From the IMG/VR virus record IMGVR_UViG_3300046462_000389: a stretch of DNA of 64,000 nt. One strand, given 5' to 3'. This DNA is from an uncultured virus (IMG/VR IMGVR_UViG_3300046462_000389). Taxonomy: Duplodnaviria > Heunggongvirae > Uroviricota > Caudoviricetes. This document shows positions 35,322 through 44,477 of this stretch, in pieces. The notes under the pieces were generated by a model. It was given only the letters and a program-made list of their open reading frames with translations. It did no database searches and was not told the DNA's origin. The translations under genes and the position numbers were made by a program. Each line of letters begins with the position of its first letter. Positions within the stretch are counted from its first letter, which is position 1.

Positions 35322-36098
35322 ATGCACGACGACAACCTGTACGACGAGCAAGGCGAAGCTGAAGACAAGCAGTTCATGGTGAAGAGCCTGCTGACCGCTC
35401 TCGGTGAGCTGCTGGCACCCAAGTACCGGATCAAGCAGACCGACCAGATCGTCGAGCTGGATCACTACAACATCGCAGCTGGGCTCACCATCGAGAGTGA
35501 TGAGGGTGTGGGTGATGAGCAGGAGCTGAGTCAGATCATCGAGCGGGTGCTCACCGACCACCCAGAGCTGATCAACCCGCTGATCAGGATCTGGCAGGTT
35601 GATGACATCGAAGTCACCGATGACCTGCTGGCTCCGTTCACCGGCATCAAGATGGGCAGGACCAACTCCGAGGTGGACGCCTTCGAGGAGACGGTCTTCG
35701 AGCAGTACGTGATGTCCATCAACGTCACCGGCTCCATCTTCAAGGAGCTCATCACCACGGCCAAGAGCTTCGGTCTGGACCAGGAGCAGGCAGCTACGTT
35801 GACCGCTCTGGCCAGCCAGATGTACGGGGGTGGGTCTGACTGCCACGCCTACCTCATCTCCCAGCTGGACAACTGGGACCGTAGCCACCCCGAGGGGCCG
35901 TCCTCGATGGTCATCTCGACTCGGGCCTACGGCAGGCTCAGCGACGATCTGGAGACCCCAGACGACGCAGTACAGCAAGAGCTGATGGAAGGTCGGCTGC
36001 GTCAACTCCACGCCGACAAGCACCACTGGCGCTACCACAACCACAATCAGGTTCCTCTGGATAGAGGCCTGTTCGACTCCATCTGGGAGGAAAACTGA
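35322..36098 (+). CDS. Acidic hypothetical protein
   Basis: AAGGAG RBS. Confidence 0.75.
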   Translation: MHDDNLYDEQGEAEDKQFMVKSLLTALGELLAPKYRIKQTDQIVELDHYNIAAGLTIESDEGVGDEQELSQIIERVLTDHPELINPLIRIWQVDDIEVTDDLLAPFTGIKMGRTNSEVDAFEETVFEQYVMSINVTGSIFKELITTAKSFGLDQEQAATLTALASQMYGGGSDCHAYLISQLDNWDRSHPEGPSSMVISTRAYGRLSDDLETPDDAVQQELMEGRLRQLHADKHHWRYHNHNQVPLDRGLFDSIWEEN

Positions 36099-36922
36099 TG
36101 ATTCAGATCATCGCCAACATCGCCGCGAAGACCGCCGTTCAAAGGGTCGTCGTCGGCATCACTACTACCATCCTGGCCTCGGCTGCTGCCGAGGCCATCA
36201 TTGCTTCCAGGGTTGATGACAACGCCTGGGAGAACATCAAGTCGATGGACGACGAGACCAAGGCACCGCCGAAGGTCAAGCGGGTGCCGGGAGAGGTCTT
36301 CACCGGCCTGTCCAACGTCGGCAAGTCCTTCCAGAACATCGGCTACATCGTGGCCGTCCCGCTGCGGTGGGCACGCTACAGGCGGCTGTCCAAGCGTTCC
36401 ACCAAGGCCGACCAGGCTGCTCATGCCGAACAGGACCAGGTCGAGCTGTCCAAGCTGTTGGCACAGGCCGACAAGATCCACAACAAGTCCATCAGGGTGC
36501 TCCAGAAGCTCCTGAACAAGCCGGAACCGGCTCGGACCAAGGGTGAGGCGCTCTACCGTCGTACGGTCAACAAGAGCATGTACAGCCCGGATGTGCTGAC
36601 CCACAAGTACGCGGCAGCTACCAAGCCCGAGTGGCTGGACCTGAAGCATCTGACCGTCTCCGGCGACCAGATCGCTGACCAGTGGATCCACGGCGACACA
36701 CCGCTGACCAACACCGAGCTGTACAACCTGTACAACGGCGCGACCACGTCGCTGGACAGCTGGCTGCAGCAGCTGGCTCCGATGACCCGTCATCAGCTGA
36801 ACGCCTTCAAGTTGGGCGTGCAGACCCGGATCTCCCACGAGATCCGCCTCGGGAACCTGACCTTCACGAAGGAGGCAACCAACGAGAACCAGAGCAAGAG
36901 CACCGCCAAGGAGGCGAAGTGA
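36098..36922 (+). CDS. Hypothetical protein
   Basis: TGATG overlap, GGAGG RBS. Confidence 0.7.
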   Translation: MIQIIANIAAKTAVQRVVVGITTTILASAAAEAIIASRVDDNAWENIKSMDDETKAPPKVKRVPGEVFTGLSNVGKSFQNIGYIVAVPLRWARYRRLSKRSTKADQAAHAEQDQVELSKLLAQADKIHNKSIRVLQKLLNKPEPARTKGEALYRRTVNKSMYSPDVLTHKYAAATKPEWLDLKHLTVSGDQIADQWIHGDTPLTNTELYNLYNGATTSLDSWLQQLAPMTRHQLNAFKLGVQTRISHEIRLGNLTFTKEATNENQSKSTAKEAK

Positions 36923-37173
36923 GGGACGAAGAAACTGTTGATGCTCGGGCTTACCTCAGGGTTGAGGTGCGGGTGACTGGTACTGCTGCAGCTGTGCGGC
37001 GAAAGCTGAAGATGTCTCACGACGCTGTGGCTCAATCCTTGATGCAAGTCGACGTGGAGGGTTTTGCTGTTGCTGAGTATGACGAAAAGGGTCACATGAT
37101 GAGGCAGTACAACCAGGGCTCCTTGGCCCATTACGAACATCCACATGAGCTGAACATCAAGGAGACCCCGTGA
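36919..37173 (+). CDS. Hypothetical protein
   Basis: GGAGG RBS, GTGA overlap. Confidence 0.55.
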   Translation: MRDEETVDARAYLRVEVRVTGTAAAVRRKLKMSHDAVAQSLMQVDVEGFAVAEYDEKGHMMRQYNQGSLAHYEHPHELNIKETP

Positions 37174-37679
37174 TCACCGAAGCCTCCATCGAGTTCCACC
37201 GGTTCCTGGAGCGTCACACGTCGTTCGACGCTCGCAGTGCAGCTGGTCACATCAAACTGGTCACCGACAGTGTCCAGGCCAGCAAGTTCGGGGAGGACAC
37301 CGCCAGCATCTGGGTGTCCTTCATCGATCGCAAGTCGATCTACTACGGCTACATCCACGACACCACCTATCACTCTGATGCCGCCAAGATCGGCGGTTGG
37401 CTCAGTGTCACCGAGCAGGCTCTGGAGGGTCTGCACAAGGTCCGGCAGTTCTCTACCGAGGACATCGTCGCCCTGACGCTGTGCTACGACGCGGTCAACG
37501 AGGACCTCGTGCAGTTCAGAGTGGCTCAGACATGGACGCCTGGCCACTTCGCCAGTGCGTTCTGCACGATCGGCTCCTGGGAATGGACCTGGGTGCCGAA
37601 CCCCCAGTCGGACACCGCTGACGCAATCGGTCAGCTGGTCTTCGGCTCAACAACCAAGGAAGAGAGCAATGGCTCGTAG
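37170..37679 (+). CDS. Hypothetical protein
   Basis: AAGGAG RBS, GTGA overlap. Confidence 0.65.
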   Translation: MITEASIEFHRFLERHTSFDARSAAGHIKLVTDSVQASKFGEDTASIWVSFIDRKSIYYGYIHDTTYHSDAAKIGGWLSVTEQALEGLHKVRQFSTEDIVALTLCYDAVNEDLVQFRVAQTWTPGHFASAFCTIGSWEWTWVPNPQSDTADAIGQLVFGSTTKEESNGS

Positions 37680-39279
37680 CGACACCGCAAGACTGAACGA
37701 GCTCGGGCAGGACATCGAAGCTGCCAAGTCGGAGGAGACCGCCAAGAAGAACATCATGGCGTTCCTCTCCGAGATCGCCAGCTCCTCCCCGAGTGCCTAC
37801 ACCGAGGGGTCGCCGGTGATCTACCACGACGACCCTCGGAACAAGTACTCGATCCCGAAGGGCACGCCGCTGGAGAAGGCGGCGAAGGCCATCATGGACG
37901 AGGCTGCCGCCCAAGCCGAGGAGGTGGAGTACACCCGGGACTTCCGGTGCCGGGTGGAGGAAGGTGCAGTCGCCATCAAGAGGACCATGTTCAAGGTCTT
38001 CGGGGCGAGTGCACACGGCAAGCCGATCGAGACCTTCTTCGGCAAGTTCCCGCCCCGGGAGATCCAGATCACGGTTGGTCTGGACAACCTGGGCAGGCCG
38101 ATCGAGGAGTCTGCACCGGGTAGCGAGTTCACGCTGGCCTGGCTGGAGGCATCGCTGACGATCGGGACCTGGAGCGACGGTGAGCACGACGGGATGATGC
38201 GCCTGTTCGTGACCACCAAGAAGCGGAACAAGACTGCCCTGGACGGCTTCTTCAAGCTGGTGGACGAGGAGCTGGAGCATCACTCGATCTACCGGAACCA
38301 GATCCTGACCTACAAGGGCAAGGCGGACGGCGGCTACGACCTGCGCTACACCCACCTGGCCGAGGACCCGACCATCATCTACACCGACCGGGTGCAGAAC
38401 CGGTTGGAGGTCGATGTCTGGCGCAAGCTGCGGAGGCGGGAGCGTCTGGTCCAGCGTGGTCTGAAGCCCACGTTCAAGGAGCTGGTGTTCGGCCCGGTCG
38501 GTACCGGCAAGAGCGCCTCCTGCGTCACCACTGCCATCAAGGCCAAGGAGTACGGCTACACCGTGCTGATGGTCAACCCGACCGGGGTCAGCTCGATCGC
38601 TGAGCTCAGCCGGGCGATGAACGTGGCTCGGATGTACGCGCCCACGCTGCTCGTGATCGAGGACGTGGACAAGTACTTCTCCGAGAACATGAGCCCGGAC
38701 CAGATCTCGTCCATCACCAACCTGTTCGACGGGTTGGAGAAGCACGACGGGATCAGCATCATCATGACCACCAACCACGTGGACAAGGTGCACAGCAAGA
38801 TGCTGCGCGCACCGCGTACCACTGGGGTCATCAAGATCGGCTACCTGGACCAGGAGTCGATGGAGCACATGGTGCGGGTGGTGCTCGGGGAACAGCTCGA
38901 TCCCGAGACCAACTTCAACCTGGTCTGGAACGAGGTCAAGGACTTCGGTCCGGCCTTCATGCGGTCCACCTTCGACAAGGCCGTCGAGGCGTCCATCCTC
39001 CTGCGGGAGGACGACGAGCAGTACGACGACCCGATCATCGGCACCGAGGAGCTCATCTCGGCAGCCCGGTCCTTCCAGGACCACCGCGACCTGCACGCTG
39101 AGGTCGAGGCGTCCCAGGAGCGGACCAAGCCGACGCTCGGTGAGTTCTTGATGGATGACGTGAAGAGCTTCGTCAGGAAGCTGTTCAATGGCATGACCAG
39201 GGACTACCAGTTGGAGGTCCAGACCACCAACGAGCACGGCTACGCCACCTTCAAGCAGGCGGGCGAGAACAACAAGTAG
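37669..39279 (+). CDS. AAA+ ATPase
   Basis: Walker A GPVGTGKS, Walker B LLVIEDVD, sensor TTNH, LRAPR. Confidence 0.9.
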   Translation: MARSDTARLNELGQDIEAAKSEETAKKNIMAFLSEIASSSPSAYTEGSPVIYHDDPRNKYSIPKGTPLEKAAKAIMDEAAAQAEEVEYTRDFRCRVEEGAVAIKRTMFKVFGASAHGKPIETFFGKFPPREIQITVGLDNLGRPIEESAPGSEFTLAWLEASLTIGTWSDGEHDGMMRLFVTTKKRNKTALDGFFKLVDEELEHHSIYRNQILTYKGKADGGYDLRYTHLAEDPTIIYTDRVQNRLEVDVWRKLRRRERLVQRGLKPTFKELVFGPVGTGKSASCVTTAIKAKEYGYTVLMVNPTGVSSIAELSRAMNVARMYAPTLLVIEDVDKYFSENMSPDQISSITNLFDGLEKHDGISIIMTTNHVDKVHSKMLRAPRTTGVIKIGYLDQESMEHMVRVVLGEQLDPETNFNLVWNEVKDFGPAFMRSTFDKAVEASILLREDDEQYDDPIIGTEELISAARSFQDHRDLHAEVEASQERTKPTLGEFLMDDVKSFVRKLFNGMTRDYQLEVQTTNEHGYATFKQAGENNK

Positions 39280-39477
39280 TAGTAAGACCCAGCTACTGGA
39301 ACAACTGGCCTGTACGAGCCCCTGGAAGACAAACGGGAAACGGTAGGCAGGCAGCCAGAGTGGTACCTAGAGGGTGCAACCGGAGGGCCGAGGATTCTTC
39401 CTCGGCCCTCTGGGCTTCGGTGTGCAAAACAGAGAGACACCAAGTTGCAGAGAACACACACAGACAAGGAAAGTTTC

Positions 39478-39855
39478 GTGTTCGCTCAACTTGCCAAGGT
39501 ATTGGCAGAGGTCATTGTCAACGAGATCGTGACAGAGATCGGGGAGGCTGTTGCCGCAGTCGCCTTGAGGCTCATCGAGAGAACTCGCACCAAAGTGATC
39601 AGGCAAGATGACGAGATCACGGTCGAGTTGAACTCTGATGCCATCCTCCAACTGGTGGTCGAGGTCATCGCCACCATCATCCGCAGAGTCGTCACCCACC
39701 CCAGGGTGACGGCTTTCCTACGTCAGATACCAGAATCTGTTCGAGTCTTCTTCAGAGCCTTTGTCGTGGGGATCCGACAGGCTCTGGTCGAATCCATCAC
39801 CACCCAGCTGTTCAACGACACCTGGCGGGTGTACAGCGAGGGAAGGGCGGCATGA
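39478..39855 (+). CDS. Hypothetical helical protein
   Basis: AAGGA RBS before GTG 39478. Confidence 0.55.
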   Translation: MFAQLAKVLAEVIVNEIVTEIGEAVAAVALRLIERTRTKVIRQDDEITVELNSDAILQLVVEVIATIIRRVVTHPRVTAFLRQIPESVRVFFRAFVVGIRQALVESITTQLFNDTWRVYSEGRAA

Positions 39856-40601
39856 CCACGAAGGAACAAATTACGATCCGCAGACCGAGCGGCCAGGAAG
39901 AGTTCATGCTCATCTACCTGGCCTCCGATGAGCTGTGGTACTGCAGCTACTGCGAAGAGGCCACCTCCTCAGACGCCTGGAGCACTGAGGATTACTTCAG
40001 CACCGATCGCCTCTCGGTGGCGCTACCGGCGAATGACTCCGACCGGTTGTTGCAGATCCTGAAGGAACACTGCCCTGTTTATACCCAGGCCACCTGTGGG
40101 AACTGTGGTGCTGTGTTCGACTCGTCGGAGGGGGAAAACTGGTGGACGATCACCGAGGATCAGTTCATCTGCACCAACGACAACGAGTGGTACTCACAAC
40201 CACACGAGGCCCTGGTCTGCTGCGGGAACTGCTTCCTGGACCGCTCAGAGCACAGTGCGTGCTACTGCGCGGAGATGGTGGATACCAACCCCGATGGCAC
40301 CCCGACGCTGATCCATGGGCTGCCGCTGGCTCTCTGCCGCTGCGGTGGGAACCGATGCAACAGGGTGGTCTGTCTGGTCTGTCACGAGACCTGGGTCCGG
40401 GAGGGTGACCGGGCTCAGTTGGTGGAAGCTCTGGTCCATGCCAAGGAGCATCTGGCGTTCTACGAGATCTCCTACGAGTCGGGGACGCCGACCGAACAGA
40501 CCCAGCAGATCGCTCCCGAGTGCCCGATCTGCGGGACATACTGCTGCGCGGTGCACAAGACTCACGCAGCCAAACACGCGATGTGCTGGGAGAAGGTATG
40601 A
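39852..40601 (+). CDS. Multi-Cys Zn-binding protein
   Basis: Several CxxC pairs. Confidence 0.7.
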   Translation: MTTKEQITIRRPSGQEEFMLIYLASDELWYCSYCEEATSSDAWSTEDYFSTDRLSVALPANDSDRLLQILKEHCPVYTQATCGNCGAVFDSSEGENWWTITEDQFICTNDNEWYSQPHEALVCCGNCFLDRSEHSACYCAEMVDTNPDGTPTLIHGLPLALCRCGGNRCNRVVCLVCHETWVREGDRAQLVEALVHAKEHLAFYEISYESGTPTEQTQQIAPECPICGTYCCAVHKTHAAKHAMCWEKV

Positions 40602-41074
40602 GCAGCAAGGACTCACCGATCGACTTCCCGTTCCATGAGTTCAGCTCGTTGGAGGACGTGCTGGCCTGGATGCAGCTGAACGAGGAGTTCGCCAACGTCG
40701 TCACGGTGACCGACAAGCAGCGGGAGATCATGCCCGGTGACCACGTGGTACGCCCTTACGACGTAAACGGGGTACCGATGCTCATCGTCGCCAAGACCAT
40801 GACCCTGAACGAGTTCGTTCTCGCTGAGAAACAGCATGGGGCCAGTGAGGCAGAGCTGGTGCACGAGAAGGCCCAGTTCAAGGACCTCCAGGAGCGTGGC
40901 TACCGGTACGGCAGGTGGTTCTCAGTCATCTGCCAGGAGGGTGAGTACGGAGATGCTCACATCTCGTCTCTGTCCCAGGTCTCGGCGGCTCAGCACAAGC
41001 TCTACATGCACTACATCGAGATGGGAACCGACCCCTACTCGATCTGGTACGCCTACACCCTGGGGGAGAGATGA
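40598..41074 (+). CDS. Hypothetical protein
   Basis: ATGA overlap; FSVICQEGEYGDAH. Confidence 0.65.
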   Translation: MSSKDSPIDFPFHEFSSLEDVLAWMQLNEEFANVVTVTDKQREIMPGDHVVRPYDVNGVPMLIVAKTMTLNEFVLAEKQHGASEAELVHEKAQFKDLQERGYRYGRWFSVICQEGEYGDAHISSLSQVSAAQHKLYMHYIEMGTDPYSIWYAYTLGER

Positions 41075-41421
41075 GGTGGTGGGGAGAGCCCTGGCCGTCT
41101 GAGGAGCTGCGTGCGCCGATCTGCGAGGACGACAGCCTGCGCACACCAACACCACTAGGCGAGAGCTGTGCGTGGTGTGAGGAGCCGATTCTGCAGGGCG
41201 AGGGCGGGGTCTGGATGCTGCACTGGGAGCCAGATGGTGCAGTCGAGAAGCCCTGGCACCAGGAGTGCTCATTTCGCACTGTCATGGGTTCCAAGGCGCA
41301 CCTAGAGCAGCGCTGTACCTGCTACGGCGGGCAAGACCACGACGATCCCAACATGACGGCGCGGGAAGAAGCCATCTGGGTTCTGAACTACTGGACGAGC
41401 AAGGGGGAGCTCAGACCGTGA
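41071..41421 (+). CDS. Cys/His-rich hypothetical protein
   Basis: CAWC..HQEC..GS.AHL..C.C. Confidence 0.65.
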   Translation: MRWWGEPWPSEELRAPICEDDSLRTPTPLGESCAWCEEPILQGEGGVWMLHWEPDGAVEKPWHQECSFRTVMGSKAHLEQRCTCYGGQDHDDPNMTAREEAIWVLNYWTSKGELRP

Positions 41422-41624
41422 ACGACGAGTTCGACTGGTCGGAGATGCATGAGAAGGCCCGTGAGGCGGATCGGCTCTACGTCTTGGACCCCGACACACA
41501 CCCCTACCGGATCGACCCCCCGCACGGTGGCTGCGGGATGGTCTACCGCCGTGGGAACCAGATCAAGGAGTGCCAGGTACACGAAAACGGTGAGTGCTGG
41601 CTCGACTGGGAGGAGGATGAGTGA
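41418..41624 (+). CDS. Small hypothetical protein
   Basis: GTGA overlap. Confidence 0.55.
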   Translation: MNDEFDWSEMHEKAREADRLYVLDPDTHPYRIDPPHGGCGMVYRRGNQIKECQVHENGECWLDWEEDE

Positions 41625-42127
41625 GCGACGAGCTGGATGTTGTCCCCAAGCGTCCAGACGGCATGGTGACCAAGACCTTGAGCCCCAGGCCCTGGTATGC
41701 CTACCTGGACGCACTCAGCGCCCAGGACGAGTACCTCCAGCTACTGCCGGAGACCGGGCCGTGGATCAACGAGCCGGACGAGGTGACCTGGCAGGAGCAC
41801 GTCGGGTACCTGTGCTGGATGAGACGCCCGTGGGGGACCTGGAACGCCTACTGCACGGTGCCCAGAACACACCCATGGTTCGGCCTGAACTACGACGCCG
41901 AGCTACCGGGCTCGACCACGCCTGAAGAGACCATCCAGGTGCACGGTGGGCTCACCTTCGCAGGTACCTGGTTTTCCGAGGGGGACTGGTGGTTCGGGTT
42001 CGACACCGCCCACTTCAGTGACCTCTCACCGGTCATGCCCGCCTTCCCGGGCTCGGTCTACCGGGACATGGACTACGTCATCAACGAGACGCGCAGTCTC
42101 GCAAAACAACTGAAGGAGAAGTCATGA
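41621..42127 (+). CDS. Conserved phage hypothetical protein
   Basis: VHGGLTF..WWFGFDTAH..YR.MDYV. Confidence 0.75.
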   Translation: MSDELDVVPKRPDGMVTKTLSPRPWYAYLDALSAQDEYLQLLPETGPWINEPDEVTWQEHVGYLCWMRRPWGTWNAYCTVPRTHPWFGLNYDAELPGSTTPEETIQVHGGLTFAGTWFSEGDWWFGFDTAHFSDLSPVMPAFPGSVYRDMDYVINETRSLAKQLKEKS

Positions 42128-42252
42128 CCATCTGGATTCTGGGAGGTCTGTTTGCTGCCATCATGCTCGGACTGATCACGCTGGCCCTGTACAGCGCCAA
42201 GTACCCGATGCCCGATGACCCCGAGGGCGACAAGGAGGCCAGCGGATGGTGA
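42124..42252 (+). CDS. 42-aa single-TM peptide
   Basis: AAGGAG RBS, ATGA overlap. Confidence 0.6.
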   Translation: MTIWILGGLFAAIMLGLITLALYSAKYPMPDDPEGDKEASGW

Positions 42253-42602
42253 GTGACTGGCGGGAGGGGTTCCGAGCGGCTGTCACAACGGTGGTGATGG
42301 CTCGTGGTCGCCCGGCGTCCTCACACGATCCAGATGACTACCAAAGCTGGGTCTATGGCACCTACCACGACCAGTACCGTGAGATCCTCGCCCACGCCAA
42401 GCGCTGTGCGTTCTCGCCCAGTGGTGCGGTAGAGGCTGTCGAGTGGTCGGCGTTCACCGACACCGAGGCTCCGAACGAGAACAAACATGGGCTCTACGTG
42501 GTGGCGAGCTGTGCCTGCGGGCTCTACACCGACGTGACCTGGCTGTACGAGGCAGACCTGGGGGATCTGGTCAACGACCTGCTGGCGGCGGTGAAGTCGT
42601 GA
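42246..42602 (+). CDS. Hypothetical protein
   Basis: GGAGG RBS; CACG. Confidence 0.65.
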   Translation: MVSDWREGFRAAVTTVVMARGRPASSHDPDDYQSWVYGTYHDQYREILAHAKRCAFSPSGAVEAVEWSAFTDTEAPNENKHGLYVVASCACGLYTDVTWLYEADLGDLVNDLLAAVKS

Positions 42603-42793
42603 CCGCGACCAAGCACGTCACGCTGTGGTGTGACGCCAAGGGCTGCCATGAGTCCCTAGAAGTCGGCGGTGAGTCGTCCTTCGGACCGGCTCGTGACTAC
42701 GCCCGTCGTCTGGGCTGGCGGTACGGCAAGACACCTCGGGCCAGGTCAGCAGCCCACGACTTCTGCCCCGAACACGCGGAGGAGGGGACATGA
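42599..42793 (+). CDS. Small Zn-finger protein
   Basis: CDAKGC..GW..DFCPEH; similar to 50463-50651. Confidence 0.6.
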   Translation: MTATKHVTLWCDAKGCHESLEVGGESSFGPARDYARRLGWRYGKTPRARSAAHDFCPEHAEEGT

Positions 42794-42894
42794 TCCGCGA
42801 GATCGTGCTGGTCCTGGTCGGCGTCATCCTGGTTGCTGCCATCGTTGTCATCCTCTGGTACGCGGTGGACAGTACGGGAGTGCTACAGCGGTGA
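42790..42894 (+). CDS. 34-aa single-TM peptide
   Basis: GGAGG RBS, overlaps on both sides. Confidence 0.55.
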   Translation: MIREIVLVLVGVILVAAIVVILWYAVDSTGVLQR

Positions 42895-43145
42895 CCAGAC
42901 GCTTCAGGCGCAAGCAGATGGTCTGGAGCCCGTTGGGAGAGTCTCCAGGCTTCCCAAATTTCACCGAACGGCGGGGACAGATCGTCACCGTCGTCTCTCC
43001 CGTCAGTGAGATCGAGCACCTGTTCGAGGTGGTCTTCGAGGACGGGACAGAGACCAGAGGCTTCGAGTTCGAGCTGAAGCCGGTACCGAGGAAGGAGAAA
43101 AATGAGCTGGATCCTGGTGCTCCTGTGGAAGGGAGTAGTAGCTAA
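42891..43145 (+). CDS. Small beta-rich hypothetical protein
   Basis: GTGA overlap; FEVVFEDG..FEFEL. Confidence 0.55.
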   Translation: MTRRFRRKQMVWSPLGESPGFPNFTERRGQIVTVVSPVSEIEHLFEVVFEDGTETRGFEFELKPVPRKEKNELDPGAPVEGSSS

Positions 43146-43212
43146 GACCCTGCTACCCCTGGTGGTGGGCTTCCTGGCCTTCACCGTGCTGTACAGCGTG
43201 TGGTTCGGGTGA
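43102..43212 (+). CDS. 36-aa hydrophobic peptide
   Basis: AAGGAG RBS before ATG 43102. Confidence 0.55.
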   Translation: MSWILVLLWKGVVAKTLLPLVVGFLAFTVLYSVWFG

Positions 43213-43634
43213 AGAGGGCAAACAGGCTGCTGACCAGCAAGAAGGTGGACAGCGCGCTCAGGATGCTCGCTGCGCTGAGCATGTTCTCGGTGGCAGCCCA
43301 GTTCCTCTTCAACCGGCCACCGCCTACCTGGGTGATGGTGTTCTTCTTCATCTTCTGCGGGGTGTACATCGTGGCCAGCCTGGTCGACAGGCTGATCAAG
43401 TGGGTGTTCTACCACCACTACGTCGGGAAGAGCTGGCTGTACCACTGCACAGGCCACTCGGACGGGACGACCTGTGAGCACGACGGGCAGAGGTGCGTGG
43501 TGTTCCCGGTCAGTGAGGACCAGACCAAGTTCATGGAGTTCATGGAGAGACAGCGCAACGTGACGGTCTACGAGGCCACCTTTGCCAGTGGCCAACAAGG
43601 CTTCGTGCACATCAGCAGCTTGAGGAAGGTCTGA
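43209..43634 (+). CDS. Two-TM membrane protein
   Basis: Two hydrophobic segments. Confidence 0.6.
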   Translation: MKRANRLLTSKKVDSALRMLAALSMFSVAAQFLFNRPPPTWVMVFFFIFCGVYIVASLVDRLIKWVFYHHYVGKSWLYHCTGHSDGTTCEHDGQRCVVFPVSEDQTKFMEFMERQRNVTVYEATFASGQQGFVHISSLRKV

Positions 43635-43637
43635 TAC

Positions 43638-43682
43638 TGTGCCCCCTACGCCCTCTGGGCGTAGGGGGCATAGAGTCTTTTT
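43638..43682 (+). terminator. Intrinsic terminator
   Basis: TGTGCCCCCTACGCCC/GGGCGTAGGGGGCATA stem with a downstream T run. Confidence 0.7.
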
Positions 43683-43701
43683 GTGCGTTCTGGAGGTTTT
43701 C

Positions 43702-44004
43702 ATGCAGCCAGCTGAGTGCCCGACCTGTCACGTGTTAGTCCAGACTTTGCAAGGATCGCGGGACGAAGATTTGTTGGGGCATATCACGACCTCACACGTG
43801 CTACCCAGCATGGAGACAATGCTCTACATGACATCAGTAGAACCAGATGTCAGAGTGCTCCTGGAAGTGACCAAACCACTGTGTGCCGGGTGTCGAAGAC
43901 ACGTCGCTGTGGACAACGGCATCTACCACCAGACTCAGACCAGGACTCAGCTGTGCTGCTCCACCCAATGTCTTGCCCTGGCCCAATCTTTTGCTCCCTC
44001 ATAG
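43702..44004 (+). CDS. Zn-finger hypothetical protein
   Basis: GGAGG RBS; CPTC..H..H, CAGC..CCS.QC. Confidence 0.55.
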   Translation: MQPAECPTCHVLVQTLQGSRDEDLLGHITTSHVLPSMETMLYMTSVEPDVRVLLEVTKPLCAGCRRHVAVDNGIYHQTQTRTQLCCSTQCLALAQSFAPS

Positions 44005-44100
44005 AGCAGTGGGCGACACGCCTGTTCCTGGGGCTCACGGTAGGAGCCGCTGCGCTGGTCATCCTGGCCATACTGGTGATGGGAGAGAAGAGGCGACAAC

Positions 44101-44349
44101 GTGCTGGCAGTGCGCTCAGGGGAGTACCTGGTCAACTTGGACGCCATGCTCTTCGCCTCCGAGACCGAGCCCGGGGAAGACTCGTCCTCGGTCGAGATCT
44201 TCTTCACCAACACCTCGCTCGTGCTGGACGACATGACGCTGGCAGAGCTGAGCAGACATATGACTGGGATGATGCTGGTGACGATGAACCCCGGCGAGAG
44301 CCAAGAGGACTTCTTGAACCGGCTTACGACTGAGCAGGGAGGTGTCTGA
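44101..44349 (+). CDS. Small hypothetical protein
   Basis: YLVNLDAM, similar to the 29952/30702 domains. Confidence 0.55.
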   Translation: MLAVRSGEYLVNLDAMLFASETEPGEDSSSVEIFFTNTSLVLDDMTLAELSRHMTGMMLVTMNPGESQEDFLNRLTTEQGGV

Positions 44350-44438
44350 TGTCTCGATACGGCCTGATCTGGACGATCGTTGGCGTGCTCGCCATCATCG
44401 CTCTGCTGATTTTCATCATCCCGCGACTGTCCCACTGA
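44349..44438 (+). CDS. 29-aa single-TM peptide
   Basis: GGAGG RBS, TGATG overlap. Confidence 0.55.
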   Translation: MSRYGLIWTIVGVLAIIALLIFIIPRLSH

Positions 44439-44477
44439 GCTCCACGGAGTCATAGACACCCCTGAGAGACTGGAGCC

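Noticed and set aside
37516..39237. Long antisense ORFs (also 1886-3172, 4851-6038, 44574-45821 and others)
   Set aside because: Shadow frames of GC3-rich genes; no motifs, and no codon disturbance noticed in the real gene, unlike 16250-16633
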